Source: a virus. Taken from it: a DNA stretch of 64,000 bases. Below are positions 18,427 through 27,695 of this stretch, piece after piece; position 1 is the first letter of the stretch; the number at the start of each line of letters is the position of its first letter. Position numbers and translations under genes: made by a program. The notes beneath the pieces are model-generated. The model saw only the letters and a program-made list of their open reading frames with translations, did not search any database and was not told the DNA's origin. The stretch lies in IMG/VR virus record IMGVR_UViG_3300042923_000502, positions 1-64,000 of that record. One strand, written 5' to 3'.

Positions 18427-18511
18427 GGTGCGCGACGAGACTCGAACTCGCAAGGGAATTACTCCCACCAGATTCACAATCTGACGTGTTTACCTTTCCA
18501 CCACGCGCAAC
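18427..18511 (-). tRNA. tRNA-His(GTG) with a long variable arm
   Basis: G-1:C73, TCAGA-TTGTGAA-TCTGG, variable hairpin GGGA-GTAAT-TCCC. Confidence 0.82.
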
Positions 18512-18521
18512 ATATTAAATC

Positions 18522-18731
18522 TTAAAATCTTTCGCATTCAACTAACGTTTCATGGTCAGCAATGTCAAAAATAAATTTTCCCATTTCATAAAATGTTTTT
18601 ATTACATAGCTTTGAAATCCATTTGAATCAACTTCTGGAATTACAGCTACCACTTCACAAACAATATTATATGGCGATCTGAATCTACTTCCTACTTCAA
18701 AAATTTCCGTCACTAAAACATCTCCATTCAC
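18522..18731 (-). CDS. Hypothetical protein
   Basis: 69-aa ORF; start uncertain. Confidence 0.5.
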   Translation of the reverse strand: MNGDVLVTEIFEVGSRFRSPYNIVCEVVAVIPEVDSNGFQSYVIKTFYEMGKFIFDIADHETLVECERF

Positions 18732-18745
18732 GTTAATAAAAACAA

Positions 18746-19111
18746 TATTTCTGACATAGCAGCCATGTACAAACCATCAAGCGCAATTCACAACCCGCTA
18801 TGAAACTAAACCATGGATTTTATCGAATGGGCTAGTTAGGACTTACATGCCTAACTTCTTAGCCCTGAATTTTGCACCTTCATCTTTGACTCTGCACTCT
18901 TGGCAGACAATAAGAGTCTTGAGTCTTCACAGTTGATCACTTGAGCTTTAAGCTTTGATCTTTATATCCCAATTTTCTAATTAGATAGAAGTAATTTGAT
19001 ATATCCATCAAATATCTTTTATTTGCTCGTAATAAGCACTGTATTAACAATGTTAACCTACATTGTAAGAAAAGGTGTGAAAGTTCGACGGTTTTCGCTA
19101 TGCCAGAAATA
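18746..19111 (-). ncRNA. Candidate ~366-nt structured RNA with 7-nt periodic repeats
   Basis: 15-bp closing helix UAUUUCUGGCAUAGC/GCUAUGUCAGAAAUA (one G-U), internal hairpins, about 12 AAAGNUC-like heptamers. Confidence 0.7.
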
Positions 19112-19163
19112 GGTAGTTTTATTTATTTAACGTGCATGATCTACCAAACAAACACATCATACA

Positions 19164-19808
19164 TTATTCCGAAACTTCGATGTCTGTGCGCGTATTGCTC
19201 TCACTCAGCAAAAAGTCTGCTTCGTTTTCAAACTCTTCAATCTTTTCTTGAAGTTCATCAATTACGACTTTAAGTCCGATTGGATCAACAAGGGTTGTGA
19301 GATTATCTTTGTTGAATAGTGCCGTGATGTTTTCAATCTCACTCTTCTTGCTTTCATCCTTCTTGGCATCTTTGCCCAAGATATTCTCAATACGCTTTTC
19401 AAGAGTAGCTTCCGCTTCTCGATTAGCACGTTCAAGTGAAGTTACCGCTTGATTGTACTGGTATTTCAACGTTTGAAGAAGTGTCTTTTCATAGACAATT
19501 GAACTTTTACGTTCGATCACTTCTGCAACCGTATATTCAACGCCACTAGGAAATTTAACTACCGTAATAGCATTAGAAGCAACAATTGCCGATTTGATTT
19601 TATTTCTACGTTCAACAAGAGCATTTACCTTGTCGATAGAAGCTTTTGCCAAAACTTCAAAATCTTTCAATGTAATGTGACCATTGATAAGTTTTTGACC
19701 AAGTTGAGTAGTAATGAACTTACCCTCACTAATTGCACGATTGATCCGACCATCCAGAAGTTTCAATTCGCTCAAAGCTCTTGTAATAGAAATATTTGCC
19801 ATTTGCAC
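19164..19808 (-). CDS. Helical/coiled-coil protein, tentatively DIP1984-like
   Basis: N-terminal ITRALSELKLLDGRINRAI and C-terminal FENEADFLLSESN motifs; AAGGAG RBS. Confidence 0.7.
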   Translation of the reverse strand: MQMANISITRALSELKLLDGRINRAISEGKFITTQLGQKLINGHITLKDFEVLAKASIDKVNALVERRNKIKSAIVASNAITVVKFPSGVEYTVAEVIERKSSIVYEKTLLQTLKYQYNQAVTSLERANREAEATLEKRIENILGKDAKKDESKKSEIENITALFNKDNLTTLVDPIGLKVVIDELQEKIEEFENEADFLLSESNTRTDIEVSE

Positions 19809-19934
19809 ATTTCTCCTTTTTATCTTTGAATTTTATTATTTTATCAAAAAGCTTGACGAGACTAACGAGGATGATGTGGGATCAACATCGTCAAGCTTTT
19901 TCATAAAATATCTTGTTCTCAACTTTACTTCTAT

Positions 19935-19963
19935 ATTATATCATTTTATCTTTCATTTGTCAA
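19935..19963 (-). promoter_or_regulatory. sigma-A-type promoter (family member) followed by leader hairpin 19846-19901
   Basis: TTGACA-aatgaaagataaaatga-TATAAT; AAAAAGCTTGACGA/TCGTCAAGCTTTTT 14-bp stem. Confidence 0.8.
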
Positions 19964-19985
19964 GCTGTTTTTTAATTTATTTTTT

Positions 19986-20059
19986 TGGCAGGAGCAACAG
20001 GAATTTAACCCATACCCTTGAGGTTGGAACTCAAGATGCTAACATTACACCATACTCCC
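19986..20059 (-). tRNA. tRNA-Trp(CCA), encoded CCA
   Basis: TTGAG-TTCCAAC-CTCAA; ends GCCA; own promoter 20074-20102. Confidence 0.8.
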
Positions 20060-20073
20060 AAAGTGATAATCAT

Positions 20074-20102
20074 ATTATATCATTTTATCTTGTACTTGTC
20101 AA
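20074..20102 (-). promoter_or_regulatory. sigma-A-type promoter (family member)
   Basis: TTGACA-agtacaagataaaatga-TATAAT. Confidence 0.8.
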
Positions 20103-20109
20103 GCATTAT

Positions 20110-20284
20110 TTTTGTCATAGCAACCACCTTCCACAACTATGACACGTTAGGTTGATCAATTCTAACGTTCCTCACTTCAATTCCTCACCCTCTTCTTAGG
20201 GGATTGTATTGTACTATGAAGCTATTACTTTCGCCTACTTACCGTAGATGCTAACAAATAATGAATCTAACGAATCACCTTACA
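20110..20284 (-). ncRNA. Candidate small structured RNA
   Basis: Own promoter TTGACA-17-TATAAT (20291-20319), no ORF, several hairpins. Confidence 0.45.
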
Positions 20285-20338
20285 TAAAGAATTATATCAC
20301 ACTTACAGTACAATGTCAAGCACAATATAAAATTAATT

Positions 20339-20533
20339 TTATTCTTTTGTTGAACGAAGGGGATTCAATGGAGTTAATTCATATTTTACGGTAGCGCCTT
20401 GAAAGCTAACTGTTTGACCACGATAATGAATAGAATCAGTAATTGCCTTAACACCGTACTTGCGTTCTACATATTGTTGAATAGCGTCATGCACTTCATC
20501 CATACTAATTTTAACCGTTCCAACATTAGACAT
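20339..20533 (-). CDS. Hypothetical protein
   Basis: AAAGGAG RBS before MSNVGTVK. Confidence 0.7.
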   Translation of the reverse strand: MSNVGTVKISMDEVHDAIQQYVERKYGVKAITDSIHYRGQTVSFQGATVKYELTPLNPLRSTKE

Positions 20534-20546
20534 TGTTACATCTCCT

Positions 20547-21752
20547 TTAAATAAGTTCAGCAAGTTCCGCTGTTCTACTACGTTCGGTTTTATCAAGTGT
20601 AACTTGAGCATAAAGCTCATGACCTTTAAGCTTAGAAATAGCTTGAATACCAGAATTGTGTCTAAATGAATCTTTATCAATTTGTTTTAAGTCTCCATTC
20701 AACCACAATTCTGAGCCTTCGCCAATACGACCAAGAAGTAATTTAACATGTTCTTCGGTATTGTTTTGAGCTTCCGTAACATATACAATACTATTGCGCA
20801 AATCCCGTCCTCTAATGCGTGACAAGTCTTGCAATTCAACCATTCCGGCTTCAACCATTTTACGCAACATTTCCACTCCACCAACATGATCCGCTAAAGG
20901 CATTGCAAATTCGATCATCTTGTCGAATAAGTCGCCTTTTCTAAATCCACTTTCAGGTGCATCTTTCAATGGAATTTGGTTTCTAATAAAAACAATTTTT
21001 TGGAACTTTTGATTTTCTATTAGGTGAACTGCATGAGATATCATACAGAAGTCTTTACCTGTGCCAAATTTGCCGAAACAAGATTTAACGGTTGTCTTTC
21101 TGTCTTGGAGCATATTGAACAAAAGTTCTTGTTTCATATTTCTAGGTCTAATTTCACCTAAATACTTGCTACTAATTCTATTGTATTTAACAGCAATATA
21201 ACCATGTTCATCTGACCATCTATACTTGTCTACATACTTTCCAGATTTATCTATAATGACAACATACTCATTGTCAAACAATTCGAACATGTTAGTATCC
21301 AAGTTCTCATAAAACTCAGCAAGTTCTTCGTCGCTTAAAACGACTTCATATACGCCAGTATAATCATCTTCATCACTTTCATATGATTCCGCTTCAATAA
21401 ACTCGATTCCAAATCCTAATGCTTTAAACTTCAAAAGCTTGTCATTTGTAATTAAACCATATCCTCTTTCTAAGCAAGCTTTGACAATAAGATTGTCAAC
21501 GTAATCATTTTCATATGGATCACTAGAATTCCAAGTATAATCATGTAGATCAAAATGAACAAGATCATCTTCCATGTGATCATCAATCCATCTTACCGCT
21601 TTTCTTGCTCCATAAGCCAAATCTTTCTTATCTCTATTGCTCTTATGCTTTTCCAATTCACGCAAAACGTGACTTAAAATTACAATCTCCTTTCCTTCAA
21701 GAACTGACAAATCATTAACAAGAACGTTAGTATCTACCACGTATTTTGTCAT
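20547..21752 (-). CDS. phoH: PIN-domain PhoH-family ATPase
   Basis: PIN VVDTNVL / VLRELE / DNLI / ITNDK; PhoH GKFGTGK, IRGRD, EAQN, RIGEGS, GDLKQID. Confidence 0.92.
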   Translation of the reverse strand: MTKYVVDTNVLVNDLSVLEGKEIVILSHVLRELEKHKSNRDKKDLAYGARKAVRWIDDHMEDDLVHFDLHDYTWNSSDPYENDYVDNLIVKACLERGYGLITNDKLLKFKALGFGIEFIEAESYESDEDDYTGVYEVVLSDEELAEFYENLDTNMFELFDNEYVVIIDKSGKYVDKYRWSDEHGYIAVKYNRISSKYLGEIRPRNMKQELLFNMLQDRKTTVKSCFGKFGTGKDFCMISHAVHLIENQKFQKIVFIRNQIPLKDAPESGFRKGDLFDKMIEFAMPLADHVGGVEMLRKMVEAGMVELQDLSRIRGRDLRNSIVYVTEAQNNTEEHVKLLLGRIGEGSELWLNGDLKQIDKDSFRHNSGIQAISKLKGHELYAQVTLDKTERSRTAELAELI

Positions 21753-21792
21753 AGCCTACACCCTTTCAGTAGCGTCTATTTTTTGTATAAGA

Positions 21793-21825
21793 AAAAGGGC
21801 AGGGATTTCAAGACTCCCTGCCCTT
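21793..21825 (-). terminator. Intrinsic terminator after HU
   Basis: AAGGGCAGGGA/TCCCTGCCCTT stem followed by a T-run on the minus strand. Confidence 0.75.
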
Positions 21826-21851
21826 AGACTTTATATATTTTGTTGATTTGA

Positions 21852-22151
21852 TTACTGTACTGCGGATTTCAGACCAGTTACACGAAGACCAACTGTTTTA
21901 GTTTCTGGAACTTCAATTGCTTCGCCTGTCTGTGGGTTGCGACCAGTGTGAGCCTTACGTGTACGAACTTCATATACACCATGACCTTGCAGTGCTACAT
22001 CATCACCATTAGCAAGTGCTGTGTGAATTGCGGTAAGAACTGCATCAAGTGCGCGAGCTGCTTCTTTCTTATTAGGTTTCTTAGAACCTTCTTCTACTTC
22101 AAACGATGCCTGTACAACCTCAATAAATTCTTTTTTGTTCAATACTGCCAT
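21852..22151 (-). CDS. hup: HU-family DNA-binding protein
   Basis: LNKKEFI..., GRNPQTGEAIEVP signature. Confidence 0.93.
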   Translation of the reverse strand: MAVLNKKEFIEVVQASFEVEEGSKKPNKKEAARALDAVLTAIHTALANGDDVALQGHGVYEVRTRKAHTGRNPQTGEAIEVPETKTVGLRVTGLKSAVQ

Positions 22152-22233
22152 TTTAACATTCTCCTTTTTCTCTTCTTTAGATTTTTTTATTATTAGTCAA
22201 GCGATTTTATATATCACTTGTATACTACTTAAA

Positions 22234-22554
22234 TCATTTTGTCTTAATCTTAACTTTATCTGTAATATCTACGAAGTTTTCATCAAAAAATTTGACTTCA
22301 CTTACAACATCAACATACAAAATCCTAGTCATTAGAGCGGCATTTGTCCAATCATTTAGTACACCATTTTTAACTTTCGGTTTATTAAAAACCATGTATT
22401 GCTTAACTGATTCGTCAATTACATATGTCCAATCTGGAACACCATAATTAAACTCATTTTCTGTATTAACAGTACACCACTTGTAAAAAATAGCTTTACT
22501 TAGAATTTCATCAAGAACTGATGTCTTAGACTTTTTCTTTGTCATCCTTATCAC
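22234..22554 (-). CDS. Hypothetical protein
   Basis: 106-aa ORF in operon. Confidence 0.65.
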   Translation of the reverse strand: MIRMTKKKSKTSVLDEILSKAIFYKWCTVNTENEFNYGVPDWTYVIDESVKQYMVFNKPKVKNGVLNDWTNAALMTRILYVDVVSEVKFFDENFVDITDKVKIKTK

Positions 22555-22744
22555 CTACTTCTTTGCTTTCATGACAAAGATAGCTTGAAAGAACTTCTAA
22601 ACAAACTTTAGTTTTATTGGTTCTAAACCTAGTAAAGTAGTCATTCCATTCGTCCAGTATCTTATCAACAACAACTCTCTTGTCTTCTAAAGGAAGTGTA
22701 TTGTCTAATTCAACCTTCTCTCCATTCGGTAGTATTAGCTTCAT
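22526..22744 (-). CDS. Hypothetical protein
   Basis: GGAAGG RBS; promoters at 22772-22800, 22854-22882 and 23012-23040. Confidence 0.7.
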   Translation of the reverse strand: MKLILPNGEKVELDNTLPLEDKRVVVDKILDEWNDYFTRFRTNKTKVCLEVLSSYLCHESKEVGDKDDKEKV

Positions 22745-22771
22745 GATGTGTTTTCCTTCCTTACATTGATT

Positions 22772-23040
22772 ATTATACCATTTTATCTTACATTTGTCAA
22801 GAACTTTTTTCTGATTTAAAAGTTTCTGACTTATTTCCCCTTAACATGTTACTATTATACCATTTTATAGTCAACTTGTCAAGTACTTTTTTGTATTTAA
22901 TTTTCAAAGAGCGATAATACTATAGTTATTATAGAGAAAGTCTGTGAACCGCTTGGTTTTGTGTAGCTCCTTTTGAATAAGGACTTGCTTTCCTCTCTCT
23001 TAACTAACTATAGTATACCACTTTATCTGTCATTTGTCAA
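22772..23040 (-). promoter_or_regulatory. Three tandem sigma-A-type promoters (family members)
   Basis: TTGACA-17-TATAAT at 22772-22800 and 22854-22882; TTGACA-17-TATACT at 23012-23040; all with ATAAA in the spacer. Confidence 0.75.
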
Positions 23041-23074
23041 TACTTATTTTTATAACACCCTTAAATCATCCCGA

Positions 23075-25396
23075 TCAAGCCACAGAGTCATTATGCACCC
23101 CATTGTACTCGAAAAGCAAATCGTCAATAATATCCCTAAGCCCAGCGTCACTATTATACATCTCCTCTATTATATATTTTTGATACATTTCAAATGGAAT
23201 TGTTCCGTCTAATATGTCACACAAGAACGTATTGCGTCTCAAGTTCTCAAATTTCTTCAACGCAGCGTTAATAGTTCTTGCTTGACCTATAATAACCAAA
23301 AATTCCTCAGCTCTCGTCCATGCTACATATAATAGATTGGCATTAAGTTGGTGTGTATGAGCCTTATCACTAATAGATATTACTCCTTTAGCAGCAGAGC
23401 CTTGACTCTTATGCATCGTCATACATGCCGACAACAACAACTTGGCAAGCTCCGAACTCTTAAATTGTACAACATCTCTTTCAAATTGAATGGTTAGAAT
23501 TCTACTCTCAACATTGATATCAATAATGGTTCCTGTGTCTCCATTCATAATATCAACCTCTTGTTCGTATTGATTTATTACTCTATACGTATTAACATTG
23601 TTTAGAACTCTATCTCCAACTCTAAAGAATATTTCATTTCCCTCTTTAATTATTTTAATCTCACTTGTTAATTCATCCATCTTAGGATTAAGAATCTCTT
23701 GCAATATATTGTTAATATGGAATGTTCCCAAATCTCCCTTTTTAGTAGGAGAAAGAACCATTAACTCTTCTGCTGTGTAGGTCTTAATCATTCTATTGAA
23801 GTAATGCAAGTAAGCTTCTTCTACTTGATGTTGTGGACAAGAAACAAAAATACAATTCTTACCAAACTTCTTAACACCAACAAAATTGTCTTCAATGAAC
23901 TTTTCACCTAAGCGTGTCTTTGTTGCAATATCAAGTATTCCACCCTCTTTTTGACGGAACACAATATCAAGTAACGTAATAGGGAATACTCCACTTTGTT
24001 GACAATCAAATAAGAAGTTTCCTGCGGATACACTTGGTATTTGAAAGCTATCACCAATGAATAAGATTCTAACATTTGGATTGACAAGTTTGTAAAGTAG
24101 AATCTTAGCTAATTTAACGTCACACATAGAGCTTTCATCTACAATTACAAAGTCTTCATCAACTACCATTGCACCAAATCCTTCTTCATCCATACCTACA
24201 CCTACTTTTTTGTGAATCGTAAAAGCATCTCTCTTAGTGTACTTCTTCAATACTTTAGACGCTTTACCTGTAGGAGCAAGTAGTGCGAAACTTAACATAA
24301 GTTCTTCTGCAAGTTCAATTACCAACTTTTGCAAGAAGCTTTTACCAGTTCCCGCATAACCAATTAGGAATCCGACAGAGTTTTTCTTAATATTGTAGAA
24401 TAAATCTTTTTGTTGAGAAGTCAATGTTACATCGTATTTCTTTTCCATTCTTTCAATAAAGTCTTCAACATCAAAATTCAATTCTTTCGAATTTTCTTGA
24501 AGTTGTTTCAATTTATGTGACACTTGTACTTCCAATTTGAAATTGCTCTCAAGTGCATATTTGCCATCAATCTCTATGATGTCTTCAACTTTAGGCAACT
24601 CATTAGATATAAGATTCTTTTTAAGCTTTAATAGCTTATAAGATTCTGAGATCAATTTGTCTTTGAGGATGTAGGTGTCTCCATTGTTCTCCACTTCTCT
24701 TATGACAAACCTTATTGCTGCATGAATTCTAAATTGACTATCCTCTTCTATACCCATTAGAAGTGCAATTTCATCTGCCGTTTTAAACCCTATTCCTGCG
24801 AAGTCTGTCATGATGTAAGGATTTTCTCTTAGCTTTTCCGCTAATGTTTTAGCATTAGCATATCTACCAAGCAATTTACGAAGCATACTATAGTCCAACA
24901 TTGGAAACTCATTGTGAAGCTCAAGCAGCTCAAGGTTCTTTAGAATTTTTTCTCTAAATATAGGATATGTGATTTCTCCAAACCCATACACCTTCTTGTA
25001 TTCAAACGTATCATCTTTCAACATTTGAATGATGTCCTGACCTTCGTATACATCCATTATGGAACGATATTGCAAGTCAGTTACAAGCATTTTAATAAAT
25101 GCCGCTTGTTGTTCAGGAGTAGATGGAGTGTCTTGGTGCATTCTATTAATTTTGTAGCTCCATCCCCACTTGGGATCATTTTTATCAAGAGTAGCTGTCA
25201 TAAGGTAAATTGCACCAATATTAAGCCTATGAATAACTCCATTTACAGACAAGTTCCCATACTTGTTTACATGAATATTATCCAATGCATAGTCTTCATC
25301 GTTTACAAGACTTACACCGTAACTTCCCCACCCGCTCTCTTCTCTATAAGCTATTTCGCGGTCTATTCTTACTTCAACTTGGATTTTCTCGCTCAT
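23075..25396 (-). CDS. recD2: RecD2-like SF1B helicase
   Basis: HhH ENPY..GIGFKTADEIA, GYAGTGKS, VDESSM, FRQ, TMHKSQGS, LYVAWTRA. Confidence 0.92.
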   Translation of the reverse strand: MSEKIQVEVRIDREIAYREESGWGSYGVSLVNDEDYALDNIHVNKYGNLSVNGVIHRLNIGAIYLMTATLDKNDPKWGWSYKINRMHQDTPSTPEQQAAFIKMLVTDLQYRSIMDVYEGQDIIQMLKDDTFEYKKVYGFGEITYPIFREKILKNLELLELHNEFPMLDYSMLRKLLGRYANAKTLAEKLRENPYIMTDFAGIGFKTADEIALLMGIEEDSQFRIHAAIRFVIREVENNGDTYILKDKLISESYKLLKLKKNLISNELPKVEDIIEIDGKYALESNFKLEVQVSHKLKQLQENSKELNFDVEDFIERMEKKYDVTLTSQQKDLFYNIKKNSVGFLIGYAGTGKSFLQKLVIELAEELMLSFALLAPTGKASKVLKKYTKRDAFTIHKKVGVGMDEEGFGAMVVDEDFVIVDESSMCDVKLAKILLYKLVNPNVRILFIGDSFQIPSVSAGNFLFDCQQSGVFPITLLDIVFRQKEGGILDIATKTRLGEKFIEDNFVGVKKFGKNCIFVSCPQHQVEEAYLHYFNRMIKTYTAEELMVLSPTKKGDLGTFHINNILQEILNPKMDELTSEIKIIKEGNEIFFRVGDRVLNNVNTYRVINQYEQEVDIMNGDTGTIIDINVESRILTIQFERDVVQFKSSELAKLLLSACMTMHKSQGSAAKGVISISDKAHTHQLNANLLYVAWTRAEEFLVIIGQARTINAALKKFENLRRNTFLCDILDGTIPFEMYQKYIIEEMYNSDAGLRDIIDDLLFEYNGVHNDSVA

Positions 25397-25444
25397 TGAT
25401 TCCTCCCTTCCTTCTTGTCTACTCACGCTCAAGAATATAATCAT

Positions 25445-25473
25445 ATTATATCATTTTATCTTGCACTTGTCAA
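25445..25473 (-). promoter_or_regulatory. sigma-A-type promoter (family member) for recD2
   Basis: TTGACA-agtgcaagataaaatga-TATAAT. Confidence 0.85.
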
Positions 25474-25692
25474 CCTGTTTATGTAAAAGCGGCGACATTT
25501 ATTTTTCATAGGGAAAGGGGTTTGGTCGGTAGCTATTAGAGGTCGCCGCTCTTACTTTCCCATTGTTCTCTTTGATTGGTTTTTTAATACATATAATGAA
25601 GAAAAAATATTTTCGTCTACAAAGGAATATACCCGTCCATACTCTAATATTATGGAGTATAAACAAAAATCCTCAAGAATGGAGGACGCAAG

Positions 25693-25977
25693 GTGGATCA
25701 ATACTTTAATGAAGTTGTCAAAAGCCTTACTATCGAAGATACAATGATTTTAGGCATCCTCAAGGACAATGACGCAATATCTAAACAACGCTCCATCAAG
25801 GTTAATATGGTTCAAAAAATGAGTGAATCAACCGAAGCAAAATTCAGGAAGTCTATTGATAGGCTTACCGCTTTGCAATTTGTTGTTCCTAACAAAGACT
25901 ACAAGGAACATGGTCTATTCATTTCTCACTACGGCTTACATGCATTACAAAATATATTAACTAATATGGGAGAGTGA
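25693..25977 (+). CDS. Small winged-helix protein, putative TubR-like adaptor
   Basis: 94 aa wHTH-like, immediately upstream of the tubulin-like gene; GGAGG RBS. Confidence 0.6.
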   Translation: MDQYFNEVVKSLTIEDTMILGILKDNDAISKQRSIKVNMVQKMSESTEAKFRKSIDRLTALQFVVPNKDYKEHGLFISHYGLHALQNILTNMGE

Positions 25978-25981
25978 AATA

Positions 25982-27106
25982 ATGTCCATTGCTGTTATTG
26001 GGTTAGGTGGTGCTGGTGGTAATATTGCTAACGAATCATCGTTACTTGGTATTCCGTCTGGTGCAATTAATTTTTCAAGCAAAGATTTGGACTCTATTGA
26101 CGTTAAACACAAACTTAAAGTTATGGGTTCGGAAGGTGTTGGTCACGATAGAAACTTGGCGATTTCACTTATGCACGAACACTACCCTATGGTTATCAAA
26201 TTTGTTAAAGATAACTTCTCTAATCCAGCAATTGAAATTATATTCCTTCCCTTCGCTTCCGGCGGTGGCAGCGGATCAGGTATCGCGCCAATGTTAGCGG
26301 AAATACTTATGTATGAAATGACAGATAAAGTAATAGTGCCTATGCCGATAATCCCAGACGAATCAGAAGTGCTAACATTCCAAGAAAACTCATATAATGC
26401 ACTTAGCGAATTGTCAAAGTTAAACCTTTGCATATTGCCTATTGATAATAATGAGGTCAAGAAACACAATAAGGCATTTAAAAGTCAAGTCTTTGACATT
26501 ACGAACAAGACATCTGTATCATTGTTGCACAAGCTTGTTTCTTATACCGAAAAGGCTTCTAAGAATGGTAACTTTGATAATCGTGACTTACTTTCAGTAT
26601 TCTCTCAAAAAGGCATGTCAATAATATCGGAAGTTGACATTACATCTCTTCCTAAAGCAAATATAACATCTACTGGAATAGCGGAATCAATTTTTGAATC
26701 ATGGGAAACATCTATATTCGCTCCTATTGAATATGATCAAGTTGCTAAGTGCGCATTCATATTCGATGGTCAGGAATCCATTATCGAACATATTAACTAC
26801 GAAAAGATTTTCTCAAAGTTTGATCATGGTGTACCAATTGATATATTGGAAGGATATTATGAAGAACACAATGGTAAAATTATTACCGCTCTTACAGGAC
26901 TTCCGTGGTGCGTTTCTCGTATGAATACCATGGATTCCCTTATTGAAAGTAGCAAAGTCAAAGCGGAAGCTATTATCAAAACAATGGAAAATGAGCATCA
27001 ATTCGTACCAAAAACACATGATTTTAGCCAAAAATTGCGACAAAATTCTTCAAAAAGTGATAAAAATGTCGCAGTTTTAGATATTTTAAGCAAATATAAA
27101 AGATAA
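25982..27106 (+). CDS. tubZ: Tubulin/FtsZ-family GTPase (TubZ-like)
   Basis: VIGLGGAGGNIA, EGVGHD, SGGGSGSG signature, IDN, T7-loop NFDNRD. Confidence 0.88.
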   Translation: MSIAVIGLGGAGGNIANESSLLGIPSGAINFSSKDLDSIDVKHKLKVMGSEGVGHDRNLAISLMHEHYPMVIKFVKDNFSNPAIEIIFLPFASGGGSGSGIAPMLAEILMYEMTDKVIVPMPIIPDESEVLTFQENSYNALSELSKLNLCILPIDNNEVKKHNKAFKSQVFDITNKTSVSLLHKLVSYTEKASKNGNFDNRDLLSVFSQKGMSIISEVDITSLPKANITSTGIAESIFESWETSIFAPIEYDQVAKCAFIFDGQESIIEHINYEKIFSKFDHGVPIDILEGYYEEHNGKIITALTGLPWCVSRMNTMDSLIESSKVKAEAIIKTMENEHQFVPKTHDFSQKLRQNSSKSDKNVAVLDILSKYKR

Positions 27107-27121
27107 AGGAGAGATTTTCTT

Positions 27122-27268
27122 ATGAAAACAACCGAAATGATTCCAAATGTTAGTGAAAAAACGATGAAATCATTGGCTGAAGCGGTAATTAGCAAGAAAT
27201 TGTTCTTGACGAAAGATGGAAGCAATTTGTTATTATCAATGAATATTCTCCAATATAATCAAGGATAA
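27122..27268 (+). CDS. 48-aa hypothetical protein downstream of tubZ
   Basis: AAGGAG RBS; MKTTEMIPNVSEKTMKSLAEAVIS... Confidence 0.55.
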   Translation: MKTTEMIPNVSEKTMKSLAEAVISKKLFLTKDGSNLLLSMNILQYNQG

Positions 27269-27350
27269 ACCTTTATAATGTTTGGAGAGACGGACACTCA
27301 CCTCTCTCCAAACCTCCCCTCCCCTACCGAAAATGACCTCCCTCAAGTGA

Positions 27351-27370
27351 ATGTCATGATGTCATGACAT
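27351..27370. promoter_or_regulatory. Palindromic/tandem TGTCATGA operator-like site
   Basis: ATGTCATGATGTCATGACAT upstream of the RHH-like gene. Confidence 0.45.
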
Positions 27371-27395
27371 CGAACATACAATTGTTTTAAAGGCG

Positions 27396-27695
27396 GTGAA
27401 AGATAATATGGGGAAGAGTGGGAACACAAAACAACTAAGAATTGATGCCAAACATAGATTCCCGTTAAGGGTTAGTGAAGTGACTCACCAAGAGGTTGAA
27501 GCAATTTCTTTTCGACAAAATGTGTCATTGAATCTTTTGTATTGTGAAGCTATTGAATTCGCTATTACCAATCAATTATTTTTAAACCATCTTCAGGAAA
27601 AATATAAAAGAGACGAACGTAGAGGTCACTTTGTTTATCACCAAGATACTTCTACTCTTCGTAGAGGAAGGATGATTGATACATGGGATTCTTAG
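27396..27695 (+). CDS. Ribbon-helix-helix-like DNA-binding protein
   Basis: R.DAKHRFPLRVSEVTHQEVEAIS..NVSLN pattern. Confidence 0.6.
   Translation: MKDNMGKSGNTKQLRIDAKHRFPLRVSEVTHQEVEAISFRQNVSLNLLYCEAIEFAITNQLFLNHLQEKYKRDERRGHFVYHQDTSTLRRGRMIDTWDS

Noticed and set aside
25480-25690. tubC centromere iterons upstream of the tubR-like gene
   Set aside because: Only short inverted repeats were seen; no convincing direct-repeat array.
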